From positions 682,001 to 746,000 of the forward strand of contig CAXHJY010001472.1 of the NCBI GenBank assembly GCA_964016885.1: a DNA stretch of 64,000 bases, in the 5' to 3' direction. This document shows, in pieces, positions 27,701 to 40,100 of this stretch (the stretch's first letter is position 1; each line of letters begins with the position of its first letter). The stretch is from Eledone cirrhosa. Lineage: Eukaryota. The notes under the pieces were generated by a model that saw only the letters and a program-made list of their open reading frames with translations, had not been told where the DNA came from and searched no databases. Both the position numbers and the translations under genes were made by a program.

Positions 27701-29899
27701 ATCTCCGCCTGATTTTAAAAAAAAATTATCTCCCCTTGGACGGCTGGAAATTATCTCCCCTTGGACGGCTGGAAATTATCTTCCCTTGGACGGCTAGAAA
27801 TTACCTCTCCTTGGACGGCTGAAAATTATCTCCCCTTGGACGGCTGGAAATTATCTCCCCTTGATTTTTTTACAAATTATCTGCCCCTGATTTTTTTTTT
27901 ACAAATTATCTCCCCCTGATTTTTTTAAAAATGATCTCCCCTTGGACGGCTGGAAATGATCTCCCCTTGGCTGGTTGGAAATTATCTCCCCTTGGACCGC
28001 TAGAAATAATCTCTCCTTGGACGGCTGGAAATTATCTCCCCTTGATTTTTTTTACAAATCTCCCCCTAATTTAAAAAAAAATTATCTCCCCTTCGCTGGC
28101 TGGAAATTATCTCCCTTTGGACGGCTGGAAATTATAGCCCCTTGTAGGGCTGGAAATTATCTCCCCTTGGACGGCTGGAAATTATCTCCCCTTGATTTTC
28201 TTTACAAATTATCTCCCCCTGACTTTTTAAAAAATGATCTCCCCTTGGACGGCTGGAAATGATCTCCCCTTGGCTGGTTGGAAATTTTCTCCCCTTGGAC
28301 GGCTGAAAATTATCTCCCCTTGGACGGCTGCAAATTATCTCCCCTTGATTTTTTTTACAAATTATCTCCCCTTGATTTTTTTTTACAAATTATCTCCCCC
28401 TGATTTTTTTTACAAATTATCTTCCCTTGGACGGCAGGAAATTATCTCCCCTTGGAAGGATGGAAATTATCTCCCCTTGGACGGCTGGAAATTATCTCCC
28501 CTTGCACGGCTGGAAATTATCTCCCCTTGGACAGCTGGAAATTATCTGCCCTTGATTTTGTTTTTACAAATTATCTCCCCCTGATTTTTTTTACAAATTA
28601 TCTCCACCTGATTTTTTTAAAAATGATCTCCCCTTGGACGGCTGGAAATGATCTCCCCTTGGCTGGTTGGAAATTTTCTCCCCTTGGACCGCTAGAAATT
28701 ATCTCTCCTTGGACGGCTGGAAATTATCTCCCCTTGATTTTTTTACAAATTATCTCCCCCTGATTTTTTTTACAAATCTCCCAGTGATTTTTTAAAAAAA
28801 TTATCTCCCCTTCGCTGGCTGGAAATTATCTCCCCTTGGACGCTGGAAATTATAGCCCCTTGGAGGGCTGGAAATTATCTTCCCTTGGACGGCTGGAAAT
28901 TATCTCCCCTTGATTTTTTTTACAAATTATCTCCCCCTGATTTTTTTTTACAAATTATCTCCCCCTGATTTTTTTTACAAATTATCTCCCCCTGATTTTT
29001 TTTAACAAATTATCTCCCCTTGGACGGCTGGAAATTATCTCCCCTTGGACGGCTGGAAATTATCTCCCCTTGGACGGCTAGAAATTACCTCTCCTTGGAC
29101 AGCTGAAAATTATCTCCCCTTGGACGGCTGCAAATTATCTCCCCTTGATTTTTTTTTACAAATTATCTCCCCCTGATTTTTTTTACAAATTATCTCCCCC
29201 TGATTTTTTTTACAAATTATCTCCCCCTGATTTTTTTTACAAAATATCTCCCCCTGATTTTTTTACAAATTATCTCCCCCTGATTTTTTTTACAATCTCC
29301 GCCTGATTTTTTTAAAAATTATCTTGCCTTGGCTGGCTGGAAATTATCTCCCCTTGGACGGCTGGAAATTATCTCCCCTTGGAAGGATGGAAATTATCTC
29401 CCCTTGGACGGCTGGAAATTATCTCCCCTTGCACGGCTGGAAATTATCTCCCCTTGGACAGCTGGAAATTATCTGCCCTTGATTTTGTTTTTACAAATTA
29501 TGTTCCCCTGATTTTTTTTACAAATTATCTCCACCTGATTTTTTAAAAAATTATCTCCCCTTGGACGGCTGGAAATTATCTCCCCTTGGTTGGAAATTAT
29601 CTCCCCTTGGACGGCTAGAAATGATCTCTGTTTGGACGAATGGAAATTATCTCCCTTTGATTTTTTTAACAAATTATCTCCCTCTGATTTTTTTTACAAA
29701 TCTCCCCCTGATTTTTTTAAAAAAATTATCTCCCCTTCGCTGGCTGGAAATTATCTCCCCTTGGACACTGGAAATTATAGCCCCCTGGAGGGCTGGAAAT
29801 TATCTTCCCTTGGACGGCTGGAAATTATCTCCCCTTGATTTTTTTTACAAATTATCTCCCCCTGATTTTTTTTTTACAAATTATCTCCCCCTGATTTTT

Positions 29900-32800
29900 T
29901 TTACAAATTATCTCCCCCTGATTTTTTTACAAATTATCTCCGCCTGATTTTTTTAAAAATTATCTTCCCTTGGCTGGCGGGAAATTATCTCCCCTTGGAC
30001 GGCTGGAAATTATCTCCCCTTGGAAGGATGGAAATTATCTCCCCTTGGACAGCTGGAAATTATCTCCCCTTGGACGGCTGAAAATTATCTCCCCTTGATT
30101 TTTTTTTTACAAATTATCTCCCCCTGATTTTTTTTTACAAATTATCTCCCCCTGATTTTTTTTTTACAAATTATCTCTCCCTGATTTTTTTTTACAAATA
30201 TCTCCCCTTGGCTGGCTGGAAATTATCTCCCCTTGGACGGTTGGAAATTATCTCCCCTTGGACGGCTGGAAATTATCTCCCCTTGAACGGCTGGAAATTA
30301 TCTCCTCTTGGACGGCTGGAAATTATCTCCCCTTGGACGGCTGGAAATTATCTCCCCTTGGACCGCTAGAAATTATCTCTCCTTGGACGGCTGGAAATTA
30401 TCTCCCCTTGATTTTTCTACAAATTATCTCGTCCTGATTTTTTTTACAAATCTCCCAGTGATTTTTAAAAAAAAATTATCTCCCCTTCGCTGGCTGGAAA
30501 TTATCTCACCTTGGACGCTGGAAATTATAGCCCCTTGGAGGGCTGGAAATTATCTTCACTTGGACGGCTGGAAATTATCTCCCCTTGATTTTTTTTACAA
30601 ATTATCTCCCCCTGATTTTTTTTTACAAATTATCTCCCCCGGATTTTTTTTTATAAATTATCTCCCCCTGATTTTTTTTAACAAATTATCTCCGCCTGAT
30701 TTTTAAAAAAAAATTATCTCCCCTTAGACGGCTGGAAATTATCTCCCCTTGGACGGCTGGAAATTATCTCCCCTTGGACGGCTAGAAATTAGACGGCTGA
30801 AAATTATCTCCCCTTGGACGGCTGCAAATAATCTCCCCTTGATTTTTTTTACAAATTATCTCCCCCTGATTTTTTTTTACAAATTATCTCCCCCTGATTT
30901 CTTTTTACAAATTATCTCCCCCTGATTTTTTTTTACAAATTATCTACCCCTGATTTTTTTTTACAAATTATCTCCCCCTGATTTTTTTTTACAAATTATC
31001 TCCCCCTGATTTTTTTTTACAAATTATCTCCCCCTGATTTTTTTTTTACAAATTATCTCCCCCTGATTTTTTTACAAATTATCTCCCCCTGATTTTTTTT
31101 ACAATCTCCGCCTGATTTTTTAAAAAATGATCTCCCCTTGGACGGCTGGAAATGATCTCCCCTTGGCTGGTTGGAAATTATCTCCCCTTGGACCGCTAGA
31201 AATTATCTCTCCTTGGACGGCTGGAAATTATCTCCCCTTGATTTTTTTACAAATTATCTCCCCCTGATTTTTTTTACAAATCTCCCAGTGATTTTTTAAA
31301 AAAAATTATCTCCCCTTCGCTGGCTGGAAATTATCTCCCCTTGGACGCTGGAAATTATAGCCCCCTTGGAGGGCTGGAAATTATCTTCCCTTGGACGGCT
31401 GGAAATTATCTCCCCTTGATTTTTTTTTACAAATTATCTCCCCCTGATTTTTTTTTACAAATTATCTCCGCCTGATTTTTAAAAAAAAATTATCTCCCCT
31501 TGGACGGCTGGAATTATCTCCCCTTGGACGGCTGGAAATTATCTCCCCTTGGACGGCTAGAAATTACCTCTCCTTGGACGGCTGAAAATTATCTCCCCTT
31601 GGACGGCTGCAAATTATCTCCCCTTGATTTTTTTTACAAATTATCTCCCCCTGATTTTTTTTTACAAATTATCTACCCCTGATTTTTTTTACAAATTATC
31701 TCCCCCTGATTTTTTTTTACAAATTATCTCCCCCTGATTTTTTTTTACAAATTATCTCCCCCTGATTTTTTTACAAATTATCTCCCCCTGATTTTTTTTA
31801 CAATCTCCGCCTGATTTTTTAAAAAATAATCTTCCCTTGGCTGGCGGGAAATTATCTCCCCTTGGACGGCTGGAAATTATCTCCCCTTGGAAGGATAGAA
31901 ATTATCTCCCCTTGGACGGCTGGAAATTATCTCCCCTTGCACGGCTGGAAATTATCTCCCCTTGGACAGCTGGAAATTATCTGCCCTTGATTTTGTTTTT
32001 ACAAATTATCTCCCCCTGATTTTTTTTACAAATTATCTCCACCTGATTTTTTAAAAAATTATCTCCCCTTGGACGGCTGGAAATTATCTCCCCTTGGCTG
32101 GAAATTATCTCCCCTTGGACGGCTAGAAATTATCTCTCTTTGGACGGCTGGAAATTATCTCCCTTTGATTTTTTTACAAATTATCTCCCTCTGATTTTTT
32201 TTACAAATCTCCCCCTGATTTTTAAAAAAAAATTATCTCCCCTTCGCTGGCTGGAAATTATCTCCCCTTGGACACTGGAAATTATAGCCCCTTGGAGGGC
32301 TGGAAATTATCTTCCCTTGGACGGCTGGAAATTATCTCCCCTTGATTTTTTTTACAAATTATCTCCCCCTGATATTTTTTTTACAAATTATCTCCCCCTG
32401 ATTTTTTTACAAATTATCTCCCCCTGATTTTTTTTACAAATTATCTCCGCCTGATTTTTTTAAATATTATCTTCCCTTGGCTGGCGGGAAATTATCTCCC
32501 CTTGGACGGTTGGAAATTATCTCCCCTTGCACTGCTGGAAATTATCTCCCCTTGGACGGCTGGAAATTATCTCCCCTTGCACGGCTGGAAATTATCATCC
32601 CCTTGGACGGCTGAAAATTATCTCCCCTTGATTTTTTTTTACAAATTATCTGCCCCTGATTTTTTTTTACAAATTATCTCCCCCTGATTTTTTTTTACAA
32701 ATTATCTCCGCCTGATTTTTAAAAAAAAATTATCTCCCCTTAGACGGCTGGAAATTATCTCCCCTTGGACGGCTGGAAATTATCTCCCCTTGGACGGCTA

Positions 32801-33000
32801 GAAATTGGACGGCTGAAAATTATCTCCCCTTGGACGGCTGCAAATTATCTCCCCTTGATTTTTTTTACAAATTATCTCCCCCTGATTTTTTTTTACAAAT
32901 TATCTCCCCCTGATTTTTTTTTTACAAATTATCTCCCCCTGATTTTTTTACAAATTATCTCCCCCTGATTTTTTTTACAATCTCCGCCTGATTTTTTAAA
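29900..33000 (+). repeat. More diverged, non-HOR satellite domain (second copy ~49030-52100)
   Basis: It carries many variants seen only in this domain and its copy: CTCGTCCTG, CTCACCTTG, CTTCACTTGG, CCCCCGGATT, TTAGACGG, AGGATAGAAA, TAAATATTATC, GCACTGCTGG, TTATCATCCCC. It lies in the longest gap between HOR landmarks (5,381 bp). Confidence 0.8.
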
Positions 33001-34160
33001 AAATTATCTTCCCTTGGCTGGCGGGAAATTATCTCCCCTTGGACGGCTGGAAATTATCTCCCCTTGGCTGGAAATTATCTCCCCTTGGACACTGGAAATT
33101 ATAGCCCCTTGGAGGGCTGGAAATTATCTTCCCTTGGACGGCTGGAAATTATCTCCCCTTGATTTTTTTACAAATTATCTGCCCCTGATTTTTTTTTACA
33201 AATTATCTCCCCCTGATTTTTTTTTACAAATTATCTACCCCTGATTTTTTTTACAAATTATCTCCCCCTGATTTTTTTTTTACAAATTATCTCCCCCTGA
33301 TTTTTTTAAAAATGATCTCCCCTTGGACGGCTGGAAATGATCTCCCCTTGGCTGGTTGGAAATTATCTCCCCTTGGACCGCTAGAAATTATCTCTCCTTG
33401 GACGGCTGGAAATTATTTCCCCTTGATTTTTTTTACAAATCTCCCCCTAATTTAAAAAAAAATTATCTCCCCTTCGCTGGCTGGAAATTATCTCCCTTTG
33501 GACGGCTGGAAATTATAGCCCCTTGTAGGGCTGGAAATTATCTCCCCTTGGACGGCTGGAAATTATCTCCCCTTGATTTTTTTTACAAATTATCTCCCCC
33601 TGATTTTTTTAAAAATGATCTCCCCTTGGACGGCTGGAAATGATCTCCCCTTGGCTGGTTGGAAATTATCTCCCCTTGGACCGCTAGAAATTATCTCTCC
33701 TTGGATGGCTGGAAATTATCTCCCCTTGATTTTTCTACAAATTATCTCCCCCTGATTTTTTTTACAAATCTCCCAGTGATTTTTAAAAAAAATTTTCTCC
33801 CCTTCGCTGGCTGGAAATTATCTCCCCTTGGACGCTGGAAATTATAGCCCCTTGGAAGGCTGGAAATTATCTTCCCTTGGACGGCTGGAAATTATCTCCC
33901 CTTGATTTTTTTTTACAAATTATCTCCCCCTGATTTTTTTTTTACAAATTATCTCCCCCTGATTTTTTTTAACAAATTATCTCCGCCTGATTTTTTTAAA
34001 AAAATTATCTCCCCTTGGACGGCTGGAAATTATCTCCCCTTGGACGGCTGGAAATTATCTCCCCTTGGACGGCTAGAAATTACCTCTCCTTGGACGGCTG
34101 AAAATTATCTCCCCTTGGACGGCTGCAAATTATCTCCCCTTGATTTTTTTTACAAATTAT

Positions 34161-37100
34161 CTCCCCCTGATTATTTTTTTACAAATTATCTCCCCCTGAT
34201 TTTTTAAAAAATGATCTCCCCTTGGACGGCTGGAAATGATCTCCCCTTGGCTGGTTGGAAATTATCTCCCCTTGGACCGCTAGAAATTATCTCTCCTTGG
34301 ACGGCTGGAAATTATTTCCCCTTGATTTTTATTACAAATCTCCCCCTAATTTAAAAAAAAATTATCTCCCCTTCGCTGGCTGGAAATTATCTCCCTTTGG
34401 ACGGCTGGAAATTATAGCCCCTTGTAGGGCTGGAAATTATCTCCCCTTGGACGGCTGGAAATTATCTCCCCTTGATTTTTTTTACAAATTATCTCCCCCT
34501 GATTTTTTTAAAAATGATCTCCCCTTGGACGGCTGGAAATGATCTCCCCTTGGCTGGTTGGAAATTATCTCCCCTTGGACCGCTAGAAATTATCTCTCCT
34601 TGGATGGCTGGAAATTATCTCCCCTTGATTTTTTTACAAATTATCTCCCCCTGATTTTTTTTACAAATCTCCCAGTGATTTTTAAAAAAAATTTTCTCCC
34701 CTTCGCTGGCTGGAAATTATCTCCCCTTGGACGCTGGAAATTATAGCCCCTTGGAAGGCTGGAAATTATCTTCCCTTGGACGGCTGGAAATTATCTCCCC
34801 TTGATTTTTTTTTACAAATTATCTCCCCCTGATTTTTTTTTTACAAATTATCTCCCCCTGATTTTTTTTAACAAATTATCTCCGCCTGATTTTTTTAAAA
34901 AAATTATCTCCCCTTGGACGGCTGGAAATTATCTCCCCTTGGACGGCTGGAAATTATCTCCCCTTGGACGGCTAGAAATTACCTCTCCTTGGATGGCTGA
35001 AAATTATCTCCCCTTGGACGGCTGCAAATTATCTCCCCTTGATTTTTTTTACAAATTATCTCGCCTTGATTTTTTTTATAAATTATCTCCCCCTGATTTT
35101 TTTTACAAATTATCTTCCCTTGGACGGCTGGAAATTATCTCCCCTTGGAAGGATGGAAATTATCTCCCCTTGGACGGCTGGAAATTATCTCCCCTTGCAC
35201 GGCTGGAAATTATCTCCCCTTGGACAGCTGGAAATTATCTGCCCTTGATTTTTTTTTACAAATTATCTCCCCCTGATTTTTTTTTACAAATTATCTCCCC
35301 CTGATTTTTTTTTTACAAATTATCTCCGCCTGATTTTTTTTTTAAATTATCTCCCCTTGGACGGCTGGAAATTATCTCCCCTTGGACGGCTGGAAATTAT
35401 CTTCCCTTGGACGGCTAGAAATTACCTCTCCTTGGACGGCTGAAAATTATCTCCCCTTGGACGGCTGGAAATTATCTCCCCTTGATTTTTTTACAAATTA
35501 TCTGCCCCTGATTTTTTTTTACAAATTATCTCCCCCTGATTTTTTTTTACAAATTATCTCCCCCTGATTTTTTTTTACTAATTATCTCCCCCTGATTTTT
35601 TTTTTACAAATTATCTCCCCCTGATTTTTTTACAAATTATCTCCCCCTGATTTTTTTTACAATCTCCGCCTGATTTTTTAAAAAATTATCTTCCCTTGGC
35701 TGGCGGGAAATTATCTCCCCTTGGACGGTTGGAAATTATCTCCCCTTGGCTGGAAATTATCTCCCCTTGGACACTGGAAATTATAGCCCCTTGGAGGGCT
35801 GGAAATTATCTTCCCTTGGACGGCTGGAAATTATCTCCCCTTGATTTTTTTTTACAAATTATCTCCCCCTGATTTTTTTTTTACAAATTATCTCCCCCTG
35901 ATTTTTTTTAACAAATTATCTCCGCCTGATTTTTTTAAAAAAATTATCTCCCCTTGGACGGCTGGAAATTATCTCCCCTTGGACGGCTGGAAATTATCTC
36001 CCCTTGGACGGCTAGAAATTATCTCCCCTTGATTTTTTTTACAAATTATCTCCCCTTGATTTTTTTTTATAAATTATCTCCCCCTGATTTTTTTTACAAA
36101 TTATCTTACCTTGGACGGCTGGAAATTATCTCCCCTTGGAAGGATGGAAATTATCTCCCCTTGGACGGCTGGAAATTATCTCCCCTTGCACGGCTGGAAA
36201 TTATCTCCCCTTGGACAGCTGGAAATTATCTGCCCTTGATTTTTTTTTACAAATTATCTCCCCCTGATTTTTTTTTACAAATTATCTCCCCCTGATTTTT
36301 TTTTTACAAATTATCTCCGCCTGATTTTTTTTTAAAATTATCTCCCCTTGGACGGCTGGAAATTATCTCCCCTTGGATGGCTGGAAATTATCTTCCCTTG
36401 GACGGCTAGAAATTACCTCTCCTTGGACGGCTGAAAATTATCTCCCCTTGGACGGCTGGAAATTATCTCCCCTTGATTTTTTTACAAATTATCTGCCCCT
36501 GATTTTTTTTTACAAATTATCTCCCCCTGATTTTTTTTTACAAATTATCTCCCCCTGATTTTTTTTTACTAATTATCTCCCCCTGATTTTTTTTTTACAA
36601 ATTATCTCCCCCTGATTTTTTTACAAATTATCTCCCCCTGATTTTTTTTACAATCTCCGCCTGATTTTTTAAAAAATTATCTTCCCTTGGCTGGCGGGAA
36701 ATTATCTCCCCTTGGACGGTTGGAAATTATCTCCCCTTGGCTGGAAATTATCTCCCCTTGGACACTGGAAATTATAGCCCCTTGGAGGGCTGGAAATTAT
36801 CTTCCCTTGGACGGCTGGAAATTATCTCCCCTTGATTTTTTTACAAATTATCTGCCCCTGATTTTTTTTTTACAAATTATCTCCCCCTGATTTTTTTTTA
36901 CAAATTATCTACCCCTGATTTTTTTTACAAATTATCTCCCCCTGATTTTTTTTTTACAAATTATCTCCCCCTGATTTTTTTAAAAATGATCTCCCCTTGG
37001 ACGGCTGGAAATGATCTCCCCTTGGCTGGTTGGAAATTATCTCCCCTTGGACCGCTAGAAATTATCTCTCCTTGGACGGCTGGAAATTATTTCCCCTTGA

Positions 37101-40100
37101 TTTTTTTTACAAATCTCCCCCTAATTTAAAAAAAAATTATCTCCCCTTCGCTGGCTGGAAATTATCTCCCTTTGGACGGCTGGAAATTATAGCCCCTTGT
37201 AGGGCTGGAAATTATCTCCCCTTGGACGGCTGGAAATTATCTCCCCTTGATTTTTTTTACAAATTATCTCCCCCTGATTTTTTTAAAAATGATCTCCCCT
37301 TGGACGGCTGGAAATGATCTCCCCTTGGCTGGTTGGAAATTATCTCCCCTTGGACCGCTAGAAATTATCTCTCCTTGGATGGCTGGAAATTATCTCCCCT
37401 TGATTTTTTTACAAATTATCTCCCCCTGATTTTTTTTACAAATTATCTCCGCCTGATTTTTTTTAAAAAATTATCTCCCCTTGGACGGCTGGAAATTATC
37501 TCCCCTTGGACGGCTGGAAATTATCTCCCCTTGGACGGCTAGAAATTACCTCTCCTTGGACGGCTGAAAATTATCTCCCCTTGGACGGCTGCAAATTATC
37601 TCCCCTTGATTTTTTTTACAAATTATCTCCCCTTGATTTTTTTTTACAAATTATCTCCCCCTGATTTTTTTTACAAATTATCTTTCCTTGGACGGCTGGA
37701 AATTATCTCCGCTTGGAAGGATGGAAATTATCTCCCCTTGGACGGCTGGAAATTATCTCCCCTTGCACGGCTGGAAATTATCTCCCCTTGGACAGCTGGA
37801 AATTATCTGCCCTTGATTTTGTTTTTACAAATTATCTCCCCCTGATTTTTTTTACAAATTATCTCCACCTGATTTTTTTAAAAATTATCTCCCCTTGGAC
37901 GGCTGGAAATTATCTCCCCTTGGCTGGAAATTATCTCCCCTTGGACGGCTAGAAATTATCTCTCTTTGGACGGCTGGAAATTATCTCCCTTTGATTTTTT
38001 AACAAATTATCTCCCTCTGATTTTTTTTACAAATCCCCCCCTGATTTTTTTACAAATTATCTCCCCCTGATTTTTTTTACAATCTCCGCCTGATTTTTTA
38101 AAAAATTATCTTCCCTTGGCTGGCGGGAAATTATCTCCCCTTGGACGGCTGGAAATTTTCTCCCCTTGGCTGGAAATTATCTCCCCTTGGACACTGGAAA
38201 TTATAGCCCCTTGGAGGGCTGGAAATTATCTTCCCTTGGACGGCTGGAAATTATCTCCCCTTGATTTTTTTACAAATTATCTGCCCCTGATTTTTTTTTA
38301 CAAATTATCTCCCCCTGATTTTTTTTTACAAATTATCTACCCCTGATTTTTTTTACAAATTATCTCCCCCTGATTTTTTTTTTACAAATTATCTCCCCCT
38401 GATTTTTTTAAAAATGATCTCCCCTTGGACGGCTGGAAATGATCTCCCCTTGGCTGGTTGGAAATTATCTCCCCTTGGACCGCTAGAAATTATCTCTCCT
38501 TGGACGGCTGGAAATTATTTCCCCTTGATTTTTTTTACAAATCTCCCCCTAATTTAAAAAAAAATTATCTCCCCTTCGCTGGCTGGAAATTATCTCCCTT
38601 TGGACGGCTGGAAATTATAGCCCCTTGTAGGGCTGGAAATTATCTCCCCTTGGACGGCTGGAAATTATCTCCCCTTGATTTTTTTTACAAAATATCTCCC
38701 CCTGATTTTTTTAAAAATGATCTCCCCTTGGACGGCTGGAAATGATCTCCCCTTGGCTGGTTGGAAATTATCTCCCCTTGGACCGCTAGAAATTATCTCT
38801 CCTTGGATGGCTGGAAATTATCTCCCCTTGATTTTTCTACAAATTATCTCCCCCTGATTTTTTTTACAAATCTCCCAGTGATTTTTAAAAAAAATTTTCT
38901 CCCCTTCGCTGGCTGGAAATTATCTCCCCTTGGACGCTGGAAATTATAGCCCCTTGGAAGGCTGGAAATTATCTTCCCATGGACGGCTGGAAATTATCTC
39001 CCCTTGATTTTTTTTTACAAATTATCTCCCCCTGATTTTTTTTTTACAAATTATCTCCCCCTGATTTTTTTTAACAAATTATTTCCGCCTGATTTTTTTA
39101 AAAAAATTATCTCCCCTTGGACGGCTGCAAATTATCTCCCCTTGATTTTTTTTACAAATTATCTCCCCTTGATTTTTTTTTATAAATTATCTCCCCCTGA
39201 TTTTTTTTACAAATTATCTTCCCTTGGACGGCTGGAAATTATCTCCCCTTGGAAGGATGGAAATTATCTCCCCTTGGACGGCTGGAAATTATCTCCCCTT
39301 GCACGGCTGGAAATTATCTCCCCTTGGACAGCTGGAAATTATCTGCCCTTGATTTTTTTTTACAAATTATCTCCCCCTGATTTTTTTTTACAAATTATCT
39401 CCCCCTGATTTTTTTTTTACAAATTATCTCCGCCTGATTTTTTTTTAAAATTATCTCCCCTTGGACGGCTGAAAATTATCTCCCCTTGGACGGCTGGAAA
39501 TTATCTTCCCTTGGACGGCTAGAAATTACCTCTCCTTGGACGGCTGAAAATTATCTCCCCTTGGACGGCTGGAAATTATCTCCCCTTAATTTTTTTACAA
39601 ATTATCTGCCCCTGATTTTTTTTTACAAATTATCTCCCCCTGATTTTTTTTTACAAATTATCTCCCCCTGATTTTTTTTTACAAATTATCTCCCCCTGAT
39701 TTTTTTTTTACAAATTATCTCCCCCTGATTTTTTTACAAATTATCTCCCCCTGATTTTTTTTACAATCTCCGCCTGATTTTTTAAAAAATTATCTTCCCT
39801 TGGCTGGCGGGAAATTATCTCCCCTTGGACGGCTGGAAATTATCTCCCCTTGGCTGGAAATTATCTCCCCTTGGACACTGGAAATTATAGCCCCTTGGAG
39901 GGCTGGAAATTATCTTCCCTTGGACGGCTGGAAATTATCTCCCCTTGATTTTTTTACAAATTATCTGCCCCTGATTTTTTTTTTACAAATTATCTCCCCC
40001 TGATTTTTTTTTTACAAATTATCTACCCCTGATTTTTTTTACAAATTATCTCCCCCTGATTTTTTTTTTACAAATTATCTCCCCCTGATTTTTTTAAAAA

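Larger units (their letters stand above)
14930..34160 (+). repeat. ~19.2-kb macro-repeat, copy 1
   Basis: ORF-track entries 15027..33659 recur in the same order at +19,228, +19,128/9, +19,127 and +19,099. The marker GATTATTTTTTT is at ~14941 and ~34169. Confidence 0.9.

Noticed and set aside
29469-29672. Minus-strand 67-aa ORF (copy at 48596-48799)
   Set aside because: A chance gap among the TAA stops present in nearly every minus-strand core (GATAAT). It consists entirely of satellite sequence.
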